DNA of 64,000 bases from Camelus dromedarius (Eukaryota). A program made the translations under genes and the position numbers. The notes beneath the pieces were generated by a model. It searched no databases. It had not been told where the DNA came from and saw only the letters and a list, made by a program, of their open reading frames with translations. The DNA lies in NCBI RefSeq assembly GCF_036321535.1, contig NC_087437.1:5766001-5830000 (forward strand). The letters run 5' to 3'. Shown here one piece after another: positions 48,864-60,535 of this stretch (the stretch's first letter is position 1; the number at the start of each line of letters is the position of its first letter).

Positions 48864-49660
48864 TAGGGTGACCATATGTTTCCAGTTGCCCAGGACAGTC
48901 CCTGTTGTGATGAGATATATATTAATAGTTCCCACTACCACCCAGAAATGTCTCACTTTTAATTTTTTCTTAATTTTCTATTGAAGTATAGTTGATTTAC
49001 AATATTGTGTTAGTTTCTGGTGTACTGCATAGTGATTCAGCTATACATACATATATGTATTCCTTTTCACATTCTTTTTCATTACATGTTCTTATAAGAT
49101 ATTGAATATAGTTCCCTGTGCTATACAGTATGTCCTCGTCGTTTATCTATTTTATATACAGTAGTTAGTATCTGTAAATCCTGAACTCCCAATTTATCCC
49201 TCCGCACCCACTTTCCCCCGGGTAACCACAAATTTGTTTCCTCTGTCTGAGTCTGTTTCTGTTTTGTAAATAAGTTCATTTTTTTAGATTCCACATTTAA
49301 GTGATATCATATATTTGTCTTTCTCTGTCTGACTTACTTCACTTAGAATGATAATCTCTAGGTCCATTCATGTTGCTGCAAATGGCATTATTTTTCATTC
49401 TTTTTTATGCCTGAGTAGTATTCCATTGTATATATGTACCACAACTTTATCCAGTCGTCTGTTTATGGACATTTGGGTTGCTTCCATGTCTTGGCTATTG
49501 TAAATAGTGCTGGTATGAACATTGGGTGCATGAATCTTTTCAAATTATAGTTTTTTCTGGATATATGCCCAGGAGTGGGATTCCTGGAACCTAGGGAAAC
49601 TCCATGTTTAGTTTCTTAAGGAATCTCCATCAGAAGTGCCCTAGTTTAGACATCACTCTA
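48864..49660 (-). mobile_element. MER94-like (hAT-Blackjack) MITE split by an L1
   Basis: TIR tagggtgaccatatg...ttgcccaggacagtccc...attaatag on the left; agtgccctagtttagacatcactcta on the right. Confidence 0.65.
48960..49630 (-). mobile_element. Artiodactyl-type L1 3' end
   Basis: attgaagtatagttgatttacaatattgtgttag...ggatatatgcccaggagtggg...aaggaatctccat; degenerate TSD cagaaatg... (48943) / cagaagtg... (49631). Confidence 0.93.
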
Positions 49661-50970
49661 CCACGGGGAAACATAGACCATCAGGTGCTGGTGGTCCCGA
49701 CCATCCCTCTGGTCTGTGGGTGCTGCCCCCTCCCATTGGAGTCTTCTGTTACCACTGCTTTATTCCCCAGCACCCTCTCTCCGGAGTCTCCCCTGTGAGG
49801 AGTGGGGACCTCAGGGACTCAGTGCAGGCTTGTGTAACGTACTGAAGTCACCTTTGAAACTCAGAAATCAAAGCATCGTTTAGAAGTAGTAGTTGGTGTG
49901 GCAGCCTGCTTCTTGGAATAAGGACCCCACCCCGCTTAGTAAGGGCTTTTGGTGATTAGTTTGCAAGTCCACCCAGAATTGGTCCTTTTTTTTTTTCACT
50001 CCTGGATAACTTTAGTGCAGTAAAGTACAGTATAATCAAATGCGGCACTTGAAGCTTACGTTATCATACTGTCATGTAAAATCTAAGCCTGCCTCCTAAG
50101 TGCCTGTGTTTCACGTTCACACCAGTTCCCTGAAGCATGTTCACATAAAGCCCTCCCAGTTCCAAATCTCAAAACTGAAGTCTTCAGTACACGCTCTGCA
50201 GGGGCGCCTGACCCTCTTGGTTTTGTGTCCTGTCCAGTACGGTGCAGAGACCCCTGTTAATAGTGTGTCTGCGTTGTATCATTTAAACCACGAGCCGGGT
50301 TCAGGAAGCTGTATTTACGGTGAGATTTGGACCTGCTGCATGAATTAATCATGTGTTTCGTGTCTTGTCGCTTCTCTCCGTGGTCGGGGCTGACCGCCAG
50401 GAGGGCTGGAAGTGGTGACGCAAGATTTCATTGAAGGAGTTCAGTTGCTTCAGTCACTGGCAGCAGAGGCCATTTGAAATGCATTAATGATGAGCTTTTG
50501 CTGGGTTTTAAAACTGCTTTTCATTTCGCTTTGATGAGCTAATTAATTTGGAAGGGACTTGTGGTTTTAAAAGGGTGTACGCTGAGTCAGGGAAGTGGCA
50601 GACCGGACCTGCTGCAGTCCAAGTTGGCATTGCTCTGTTTTCCAAATGCTCTACATTGATCGTGCGAGTCTTATGGATTCCTGCCATGTAGGCATTGGCA
50701 TTTTTATTGATTTCTTAACCCAATTGTGGCTTTTAATAAAAAAAAAACAAAAACAGGGTTTACTCTGGGCATGACCTAGCGCATGTGTGTGTTGTAGCTG
50801 TAAGTCAAGTAGATACAAAGACTGGAAAGGCATAGTTGTGACACTTCAGCAGAGGTTTGTGTTAGAAAATCTTTTATTTGCATATAACAGCCCTATGTAG
50901 AAAAGGAATGGTTCGAAATTGTAATTTTATTTTTTGATATTTAAAAAAATTTCAGTAATAAAACAATTTT

Positions 50971-51086
50971 TTAACTTATTGTGGTGATCATTCCATGATG
51001 TACGTAAGGCTGGTCAGTATGCCGTACACCGTACACTTACCCAGTGCCGGATGTCAGTCATATCTCAACAAAACTGGAAGGAAAAC
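50971..51086 (+). mobile_element. Old L1MC-type 3' terminus
   Basis: cttattgtggtgatcattcc...tatgccgtacacc...tgtcagtcatatctcaacaaaactggaagg. Confidence 0.65.
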
Positions 51087-51580
51087 ACTTGGATGTAAAC
51101 TCTGTATACTATCACATTTTGAGATAATTGTAACTGTCTAAAAAAGTTATTTTAAAAGTAGATAGGTTTCTGTCTGGTGTTTGAAATGGTGATCCTGTAA
51201 GTGGTAACCTTTGAGTTCATTCATTCATTCAGGGGCATTGATAAGCATTTAAGCATTATTATATATCCTTTAGCTCTGCTTTTTTTTTTTTTTTTTTTTT
51301 TTTCAGATTGTTAAGGCAGAATACCTCCATGAATGGCTGTTGATTCTCAAAGTCCTAAAACAAACAAGGTCTTTTTTATTTGTTGACCCTTTAGAACAGG
51401 TGGTGACTTGCATTTGCATACACAAGAAAAATGCACGTGGTTATGAGCTTTGCACACATTAGTATTTTTCTGTCTGTCACCCAGGAGCATGCCCCCGAGG
51501 CTGCAGCAGTCTTCCCAGAGGAGACGCCGAGTCCTCTCCCTCAGAGGCCATGGCCTCCCTCTGCAGGGTTGCCCGCAGGC

Positions 51581-52350
51581 CAAAAAAATAGCTCTTAGAT
51601 TTGTTGATCTTTTCTGTTGTCTTTTAAGTCTGCATTTCATTTATTTCCACTGTGGTCTTTATTTCCTTCCTTCTGCCAACTTTGGGCTTAGTTTGTTTTT
51701 TTTCCTGTTCCTTGAGGTGTGAAATTGTGTTGTTTATTTGGGACCTTTCTTGTTTCTTAATGTACATGTATCAGTATGAACTTCCCTCTTAAAACTGCTT
51801 TTGCTGCATCCCATAAATTTTGGCAGGTTGCATTTCCATTTTCATTTGTCCCAGGCATTTTTTATTTTGTTTTTGACTTATTGGTTGTTCAGTGGCATGC
51901 TGTTTAATCTTGACATATTTGTAAATTTCCAGTTTTCTTCTTGTTATTAATTTTTAGTTTCATATTACTGTGGTTGGAAAAGATACCTGATATGATTTCA
52001 CTCTTAAATTTATTAAGACTTACTTTGTGGCCTAGCATGTGATGTATCCTGGAGAATGTCCATGTGCACTTGAGAAGAATGTATGTTCTGTTGCTTTTGG
52101 GTGGAATGTTCTGTATGTATCTTAAGTCCACCTGGTCTAACGTGTTCTTTAGAGCCAATGTTTCCTTATTGATTTTCTGTGTGGATAATCTAACCATCAA
52201 CAAAAGTGGGATATTAAAGTCTCCTACTATTACTGTATTGCTGTACATTTCTCTCTTTGGGTTTGTTAATATTTGCTTTATATATATTTAGGTGCTCCCA
52301 GGTTGGGTACATATATATTTACAAGTGTTATATCCTCTTGTTGGATTGAG
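51581..52350 (-). mobile_element. L1 ORF2 endonuclease-domain remnant
   Basis: ORF 51904-52248: NTVIVGDFNIPL...QKINKETLALKNTLDQVDL...TFSRIHHMLGHKVSLNKFK...FSNHSNMKL (GDFN and degenerate SDH motifs of the APE-type EN), frameshifted. Confidence 0.92.
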
Positions 52351-54269
52351 ATGAAGATTCTTCAAAAGAAGTTACTGTTATGACTGCCTGAATTGGTCTA
52401 GCCAGGGGTTATAGAATATAAGACATGGCCCATTCCTTCAAAAATTCTACCTGAGGAGATAAGGCTAACCCACATAAAACAATTAGGGAACTGAACAAGA
52501 TTATAATTAAGTGTTAAAGGTTAGGGTAGAGTCTGTAAATGCCATACGAGTTTAGAGAAGAGACAGCATTAAGGGCTGGATTAGTGCAGGCACATGAATG
52601 ACTTGGGGCTTAAAAGAATATTTTGTAGAAAGCTGAGTTTCCCTTTCAGATGAATTGTTATTTTGTTTATTTTTTCTGGTAATTGTCACAAACACACAAA
52701 TTTCATATGCAACTAAATCATTGGGTTAAAAAAAAAAAAAAAAGCCCTTGAAAGGAATTTTTTTTCCTTACAAGATAGAAAGAAAAGAAAAAACGAAATG
52801 ATGGCATTATAAGCTGTGGGTAAAGCAAGTTTTCTTTAAAATTTTAATTTTAAAATAATTGTGGAAATGTTAAATTTTCTGACTGAAAAAGCAGCTGTTC
52901 TTGTTTTTGCGGTAGACACGGCCCAAGGCAGGGGCTCTTGGACACTTTCTTTCTAGCTTTGGACCGTCATCATTGTCCCCTCAATGCAGTGACAGATTTA
53001 AGGTTTAAAAAACCAGGAAAATAAGTTCTTCCTCCTAACCTGTCTGGAAGTAGTGAAGAACCAGCCCGATTTAGGGAGAAAATTGTGATTGGGAAGGTAC
53101 TCCTAGAATTAATCATGTTTATAGCTAAGAATTCACATTATGTGATTCGACTTGCACGCCTTTTTCAAATTCAGTATGATTTACCGGGCAGTTATTGACA
53201 ATTAAAATTCTGTAACCACATCTCAGAACAGCTCTGTGCTATAGGAAGTCAGCTGGCTTTACACTGTGCTGAATAAGGAGTTACCATATACACAGTTGAG
53301 AAACACGGACAGCTTTCACCCCAAAGTGGGCCACTCAAGTACCATTATTGTAGATCATAAATTACAATTCATGAGCATCAGTATTTTCACTGGAATGTTA
53401 AGTGGTGCTAGTGTAGTTTAGAGGAGCTCAGTGCCACCATCAAGTTTTTCATTACTGGAGAAAACCAATGAATTCTATTGCAGTTTACATTGGACACAGA
53501 TGGAGATGATGGCTTTGTAAATTTACTTGGAATAAATATTTCAGCAGTAGTGAAAGTGTTTCACTGAAAGGGTGTTGTCCTGGAAATATTGTATTTCGTT
53601 ACGGTCCTCTGATTTTATAATTAAAGACCCCAGTGTCTTAAAGGCAACTGCAACACATGACATAGACTGATCTGGAAGCTTTAACCTGACCTTGAAAACT
53701 TCATCTTACAGGAATTGGAAATTTGTTTTCTTTGCATGTAGTTGTTTTGAACATGGGAGTAAGACGTCAAAGGAATCGTCTGAATAATTCTGACCAGAGC
53801 GCTTAGAGCAAAGTCGTTTGATTATTTTTTAGACAGAACTATAAAATGGGGTTCATTGCTTCAGATTTTTAAAAATATGTGAATACTTACACATGAGTTA
53901 AATTCTAATTTTCACTATATTGATGGGATTTAAAATTAACAAATGACTAGGAAATGATTGACTTCCTTGTCCTTCATAGATATGGGGGTGCAGCCTTCTA
54001 AAGCTTTATGCTGAGAGGGCATCTGTCTCTCTTTGATAGTTTCCCAAGGTGTCTTGGGCATAAGCTCCATTTGGTCATGAGCAAAAGTTCCATGGTAGCA
54101 TTAAGTAGTGGCCTTGGGTAAATAAGACCCAGGGAGAGTGATGTTCATTCTGTTTCTTCTGGGGTGGGGCTAACTTTCATCAAATCCTAAATGATGAGAA
54201 TATTGAAGCTACACATATATGATAGTGATTTTTTTTTTTCTTTCATGAAGAAGTAGTTTCAGCCTGAAA

Positions 54270-54460
54270 CGTATTTATTGAACAGGGTCTAATGTTGGGT
54301 GTACAAACCTTCAGGCAGCATTCAAAGCCCTTACCAAATATGAACTCAGCCTATCCTTACAACAACCCTATGAAGCAGGTACTTACTATAAATATGGTGG
54401 GGGCTGAAGGTATTTCTGTAAATGTCTATTTTACAGGTGGGAAAACTGAGACAATAGAGA
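54270..54460 (-). mobile_element. MIR SINE
   Basis: atccttacaacaaccctatgaagcaggtact...attttacaggtgggaaaactgagac. Confidence 0.8.
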
Positions 54461-55227
54461 ACATACAATGCTCTTTGACTTCTTGGGGCCCATTGCATCT
54501 CCATAGGTGGTTCCAAAACTAGAAAGTCTATAAGCTATTGGATTATTTTGTTCTACTTTGGAATAAAAACCATTTCATAGCTCTAATAAGAGCTCTTTCT
54601 GTGATTGATTGATTTGGCTGTTTTCATTATAAAATTCCTTTACTTGTATCCATATATTATGTGTTTTTTTCCCCTTTCCTGTCTCTCAGTTTGTCATTTC
54701 TCTTTTGGAAAGCCTTAAAATTCCCTTTGCAACCCTGTGAAACATTTCTCCTCTGCCTGTAACACTCAAGACTGGCATTCTTTCTTAGGAAATGATCATC
54801 TTTTTCTTTGCCTTCTAAAGTTTATGTTAAAGCCACAATTCTTAACTTCTTCAAAGAAGAGAGAGAGGTTTGCAGATTACTTTCAGAATCCAATCACAGT
54901 CTTACGGAGCCTCTGAAACTCACCTGGACCCGTCAAAGATCTACTTCTATGTTAGGGAGACATTTGTCTCTGAGAGCAGAGGGAAATCTGGGGACTACCG
55001 TCCTTTACAAGAGAATAGCTTTTCCCATTAAAGTATTCCTTAAATGTAGTACCTTTGCCAGTTTTGAGTCAAGTAGACAGCCTGTGGTTGGATGCAAATG
55101 GATCACCTGTAATCCATCTGAACTATCTTTCTTAACCTCTATATCTCACTTTTTCACTCTTGACTACCTTAAGCTTTGCTCTTTGTATTTATTTTCCAGC
55201 AGTTTGACTATAATAATGTAAGTGTAG

Positions 55228-55230
<3 letters not shown>

Positions 55231-55276
<46 letters not shown>
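55231..55276. repeat. (TG)23 microsatellite
   Basis: Perfect dinucleotide run. Confidence 0.98.
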
Positions 55277-55277
<1 letters not shown>

Positions 55278-55717
55278 TCGTGCTTGAGTTTCTTGGATCC
55301 AATTTTGGAAAATAAAATTCTAGGACATTATTTCTTTAAATATTTCGTCTGCCAAATTCTCTCTCTCTCTCTTTTCCTAGTGGGACTCAGTGTTCACATA
55401 TGTTCACAGCAGCTCTGGATGCACTGTTTTGCATTTTCACATTTTTAACCTTTTTGTGTCCTAGCTTGGATAATTTCTGTTGACATCTCTTCGAGTTCAC
55501 AGATTCCTTCCTTGGCTGTGCTCAGTCTGCTTATAAGCCTATCAAAGGAATTCATTACCTCTGATATTTGGGGTTTTTAAATAGCATTTCCATTGGACTG
55601 TTTTTTAAATAATTTCCATCCTTCTGCTGAAATAGCCCATTTGATCATGAATATTGTCTGCTCCTCCCCTCTGCCCCTGTCCCCAGATTCTTTTGTATAT
55701 TAATAGTAGGTTTTTTG

Positions 55718-55975
55718 TCATAGAAAACAAACTTGTGGTTCGAGAGGGGGAAAAAGGGGTTGAGGGGTAAACTGGGAGTTTGGGATATCTATATAGAAAA
55801 TAGAACCAATTTATATGGCACAGGAAATTATATTCAATACCTTGTAATAGTCTATAATGGAAAAGAATATGAAAAGGACTATATATACATGTATAACTGA
55901 ATTGCTATGCTGTACACCAGAAACTCACACATTATAAACTGACTATACTTCAATAAAAAAATAAATTTAAAAAAT
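55718..55975 (+). mobile_element. Artiodactyl-type L1 3'UTR
   Basis: catagaaaacaaacttgtggtt...gcacaggaaattatattcaataccttgtaata...gactatacttcaataaaaaa. Confidence 0.9.
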
Positions 55976-58016
55976 AATAGTTGTTTTAAAGACGCTGTCT
56001 GATAGTACCAACATCTTGGTTACCTCTGAGTCTGTCTCTGTTGATTGGTTTATCTCTTGACAGTGGTTTTTTTTTTTTTTTTCCTATGTTCTGTGTGTGT
56101 GTGCTGTAATTTTCATTGAATGCTAGACATTAATAAAGACTGAAGTCAATAACATTTATGCTCAGAAATGAGCGTGGGTCTTATTCTCCCAGGTCATCAG
56201 TGCTGGGGAAGTTGAGTGGCTACTGTCTACAGTTGGTCTGGGTTTATTCCGAGCTGCTGTTGTGACCTTCAGTGTACCACTGGCTGCAAATCCCTCTCCC
56301 CAGGGGCCACCATAACCTTGTGTTGATATGGGAACTAGGGTCCTAGAGGGTTTACTCAGGGTTCCTGCTCTACCCCAGCTTTCATCTGCAGATGCCTGCG
56401 TTGGAAAGGGGTCTCTTTCCACGCTCCTGCCCCTCCCCTGTGGTACACTTGCCACGTGGTGCCCGGCTTCTGGTGGAGTTGGGGGGTCTCTTCGTCCTCC
56501 TGGTCTAGGCTCACTCTTAGGCAGCCCTGTGCACGTGAGACCTTCTGGGTGTTCCTGCCCTGCTCCCCAGGCAGCCGGCTCTGCCTGTATCTGTGGTGAG
56601 TCTGGACAGGAGACAGTTTTCTGCTCCTCTCTTGGTGGCCACAGAGTTCTGCTGAGTCCAGGGTTCTTCTAACCCCTCTGGCAGTAGATCTTTGGCTGCA
56701 GAAGTAGGTGGATTTTGCTTGCTCCCTCCCCCAGTGGCCCAGGGAGAAGAGGGGCTGGCCGCCATTCCCCCAGGGGCTAAGGCTTTTGCTTCTTGAGAGA
56801 GGACAGATGGGGAAGGAGGCAGAGTTCTTTGCTGTCCCCATCGCCTGCTGCATACCTGTGCCCTGGTCCCCTGCAGAGGGGCTCTCTCCTGCTCTGCCCC
56901 TGTCCTTCCCAGGAGCACCCATGAGGGCTCACCTGTGAGCACAAAGTCTGCCCGCGTCTGGGCTCCCAGTGACTCCACACTGGGCCTTCAGGATTCCCTT
57001 AAAATCTTAACCAATTGCCTTTATGTGCCTCCATGATGGCCTCTTCCTCCCGTGCTCTGCAAGATGGGGAAGCACAGCCTGGGTCCTGTCTCTCCCCGGA
57101 GGGGCTTCCATTCCCCGGTAACTGCAGTTCTCTGATGGATACAAGACAGGTCATGATGTTATTGACAGTCCGGCTTTTCCTGGCTCAGTGAGAGTGACGT
57201 TCTCTCTTGGCTTTCTGCATTCCCGGCTGTCATCGGAGCTGGACTCGCCCACATTCAGGACTTCCGGATCACCCAGAGGTTCCCAGCCCATCAGCAGACC
57301 AGGGAGGAGACGGTCCTGGGGCCAAACAGCTTTCTGTTCCCTCAGGGAAGGGCCCTTCCACGGGACCTGGCAGCTTCAGCATTTAACCACACCTAGCTTT
57401 TCTTCATGTTATTTTATCCTGTTTCAGTGCATCTGATCTTATAAAATGACCTTCAGAGTTTTTGCTACAGATCCTTTTCTTTCTTTCCTTTTTGCTCATC
57501 TTGGAGAGCACATCAAAGTTTTAAAGATGTATGAAAAACCTTGCGAGGGAACCCTGATGTGCCGGCCCGACCTCTCCCCTCCATTCAGAGCTGTTATTAC
57601 TGAGCCAGAGAAAGGTCAGGCCTTGCTGTGCTTGTGTGATGGGCCTCGAGTTGTTTCTGGGGGTTTTGCTTTGCTTTGTTAAGGACAGAATTTTCTCTAA
57701 CCCAGCGTTTCTAAACTCTCTTTAATCCTAGACTCCCTTCAATAAACATAAAGGTCTCCAATTCTTCTTTAATGTTACTTATAAATCAGATTCAATACCT
57801 TGACTCAAAATGAACCAGAAGGATAAATGGCTGCTTTGTCCTCGCGCTGCGTCCTGGTCCTGTTTTGTCCCCACCCCCATATAGCATCATGGCGAGACTC
57901 GGGCACCGTCTGTGCCGGGGTGTGAAGCTAGATATTGATTCATCATTTTCTCGTGGTGTTTCTTGAGAAAGAGGCAAACAGAAAATGGAAACAAATCAGT
58001 TTAGAAATACAAGAGG

Positions 58017-58470
58017 TCATTAAAAAAGAACAAAATAATGCCATTTACTGTAATATGGGTGGACTGGAGATGATCGTACTAAGTGAAGTTAAGTCAGACA
58101 GAGAAAGACAAATATCACATGACATCACTTATATGTGGAATCTAAAAAAATTATACAAATGAACTTATTTACAAAACAGAAACAGACTCAGACATAGAAA
58201 ACAAACTTACGGTTACTGGGGGGGGAGGGGAAGTGGAGGGATAAATTGGGAGTTTGGGATTAGCAGATACAAACTACTATATATAAAATAGATGAACAAG
58301 AGGTCCTACTGTACAGCACAGGGAACTATATTCAATACCTTGAAATAACCTATAATGAAAAAGAATATAATATATATATAAACATGTATAACTGAATCAC
58401 TATGCTGTACACCAGAGACTAACACAACATTGTAAATGGACTATACTTCAAATTAAAAAAAGACAGAAGA
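58017..58470 (+). mobile_element. Artiodactyl-type L1 3' end
   Basis: aataatgccatttactg...taagtgaagttaagtcagacagagaaagacaaatatc...ctatacttcaaattaaaaaa; TSD AGAAATACAAGAGG at 58003-58016 and 58623-58636. Confidence 0.94.
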
Positions 58471-58622
58471 GGGGGAGGACACAGCTCGAGTGGCAGAGCA
58501 GAGGCTTAGCATGCACGAGGTCCTGGATTCGATCCCCGGTACTCCCTCTAAACATACGTGAACAAACCTAATTACCTCCCCCTGCCCAAAATAACATTTT
58601 TTTAATTAAAAAAAAGAAAGAA
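58471..58622 (+). mobile_element. tRNA-Ala-derived SINE (vic-1-like) in the L1 tail
   Basis: gggggaggacacagctcgagtggcagagcagaggcttagcatgcacgaggtcctggattcgatccccggtac...aacctaattacctccccc. Confidence 0.9.
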
Positions 58623-59619
58623 AGAAATACAAGAGGAATGCCGTAGGACTGGGGAGACGATTCTCTCCCAACAGGACATGAGACGAGACTCGGACTCCGC
58701 GGGTGGGTTCTCCTGCTCCAGGAGGCACTAAAGCAGTTGGATCAGAGCCAAGTACTTCTTTGTGACCAGCAAAGAAGTGAAGCCCACCTGTTTGTCACCT
58801 CATTTCAGGATGAGAATTTCTGAAATTGCCTACACCCATTTATGAAACTGCCACCTCTGAAATAGCCCAGATGGGAATTTTAGAGGCCAAAAGGCAGGGA
58901 CAGACTGCTGTTAAATAAAGTAGGCAGTCTTATTACAAATAGGCATGTTTTTCCATTGGGCTCCACGTGGCCGTTTCCATTTTTTAATGTTACATGTACA
59001 TCCTATAAACGTTCTGATTCTCCCTGAGTTTGCTGTGGTGCAGAAAAGCTTGGGTAGCCTCCTCCTAGTTCATCTCTTCCATAAAATTATCCTTGGTACG
59101 AGCGTGTTGTTCTGTAAACGAGTGTCATTTACATGTGTAAACAAATCTTTAGGCTTCTCTTCAGTTCAAAGCTTCATGATTCCTTATGTAGATTTCAGAA
59201 TCCCAGGGTTGACAGGGAGGTGTGTTCTTCTGGAGGCTGGACTTCTTCCAGGCTGGGCGTCAGCTTTGTGTCCCTTCTCTCGGGGTGTGTTAGCAAGTGC
59301 TGATCAAGCAGCAGAAACACCCCCCGGGTCGGAGTTGACGTGTAGTTTTGTCCACTCACAAGCTTTGGGCAACGGGTACTTAAAATATTAAGACCCAGTT
59401 CTGAAACGTCATCTATACTTTTTTAAAAAAGTATTCGGAGGCATCTCCATCTCATCAGAAACGTGTGTTTTTCCCCCCAGGTTTCAGGTGATGAGCACCT
59501 GTAAGTTACATGCATTTAATTCTCCTTTAGTTAAAAACCTGTATGTGTGGCACATACGGTTCAATCACTTTTTAATTTTACATTTAAACAAACTTACACT
59601 AAGAGGAACATAGCAAATA

Positions 59620-59730
59620 GGGGGTGAGGGTAGAGCTCAGTGGTAGAGTGCATACCTAACATGCACGAGGTCTTGGAGTCAATCCCCAGCACCGTGATTG
59701 AAAATAAAATAAACCTTAAAAAAAGAAAAG
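59620..59730 (+). mobile_element. tRNA-Ala-derived SINE (vic-1-like)
   Basis: gagggtagagctcagtggtagagtgcatacctaacatgcacgaggtcttggagtcaatccccagcacc + A-rich tail. Confidence 0.88.
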
Positions 59731-60371
59731 AAAGCAGGTCCCAGCCCTGCTGCTGCTGAGCGAGCTCGGTGTTTGGCTCATGCCCCGTTCCTTGGCTGCC
59801 AGGCTGGAAAGTGAAGGCGGGTGCAGATACGTAGGTGTGGGGTGACGATTCTGAGGTCAAGGCGGGCCGGTTGGGGGCCAGGATCTCCTGCTGATGAAGC
59901 TCAGTTCTCCTCCCTCCCACACAGCGCTCTGTCCTCCTCGCCCTGTCCTCTGGGCTCTGGGGGAACAGTCCACCTTCACACCCACCCGTGGCTTCCAGCC
60001 GGTGATCCTGGTCCATCCAGTGATGAGCGCAAGCTCAGGTCTGTCGTCCTGTTGGTCTCTAAGCCGGGGAGAGGATGGGGCAGTTCCAGGCGAGAGCAGA
60101 TTGAGGGGGAGGGAGGAGAGGCCGTCTCTGGTCAGGGGAGTCCCCACTGTCAGTACATCAGCCTGGGCTTGGGTGACCATCATCTCCTTCATGTGTCGGA
60201 GTCAGTGATCTGAAGTCACCGAGCAAAGCCTGGCCTGGCTTGTGAAAAGCAAGGCACAGATATGCTGTTGACATTGCTGCTTGTCCCACAGACGTGGGTG
60301 TATGAGCACATGTGCATGTTACTCACCTGCTGTGCAGTTTGGCTTTTTCCTCTTAATAAAAAGGAGACATA

Positions 60372-60535
60372 GTAGGGAGGGTATAGCTCAGTGGTAGAGT
60401 GTGTGCTTAGCATGCACGAGGTCCTGGGTTCAATCCCCAGAACCTCCATTAAAATAATAATAATAATAATGAAGTAAATAAATAAACCTAATTAGCCTCC
60501 CCCCAAAAAGGACAAAATACTGGGCTTTAAGAAAA
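60372..60535 (+). mobile_element. tRNA-Ala-derived SINE (vic-1-like), least diverged copy
   Basis: Intact A and B boxes; TSD AAAAAGGAGACATA (60358-60371) / AAAAAGGAGACCTA (60536-60549). Confidence 0.93.

Larger units (their letters stand above)
55150..57215 (-). mobile_element. Ancient L1M 5'/ORF1-region remnant with nested repeats
   Basis: cagcagtttgactat...cattatttctttaaatattt...ggataatttctgttgacatctcttcgagttcacagattccttcc...tagcatttccattgg resembles antisense L1MC/MD 5' regions. Confidence 0.6.

Noticed and set aside
50487..50585. C/D-box snoRNA (ATGATGA ... TTGATGA ... CTGA)
   Set aside because: No terminal stem, no clear D' box, no recognisable rRNA/snRNA guide, and an atypical deep-intron position.
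26140..59490. Recursive-splice-like YAG|GT sites (about 26154, 29077, 59480)
   Set aside because: The reconstituted donors (GTCAGG, GTGTAT, GTTTCA) are weak and cannot be supported without nascent RNA data.
4061..60448. Six tRNA-Ala-like sequences as genuine tRNA genes
   Set aside because: They have acceptor-stem mismatches, shared non-tRNA A-rich tails (several with cctaattacctccccc) and TSDs, which identifies them as SINEs.
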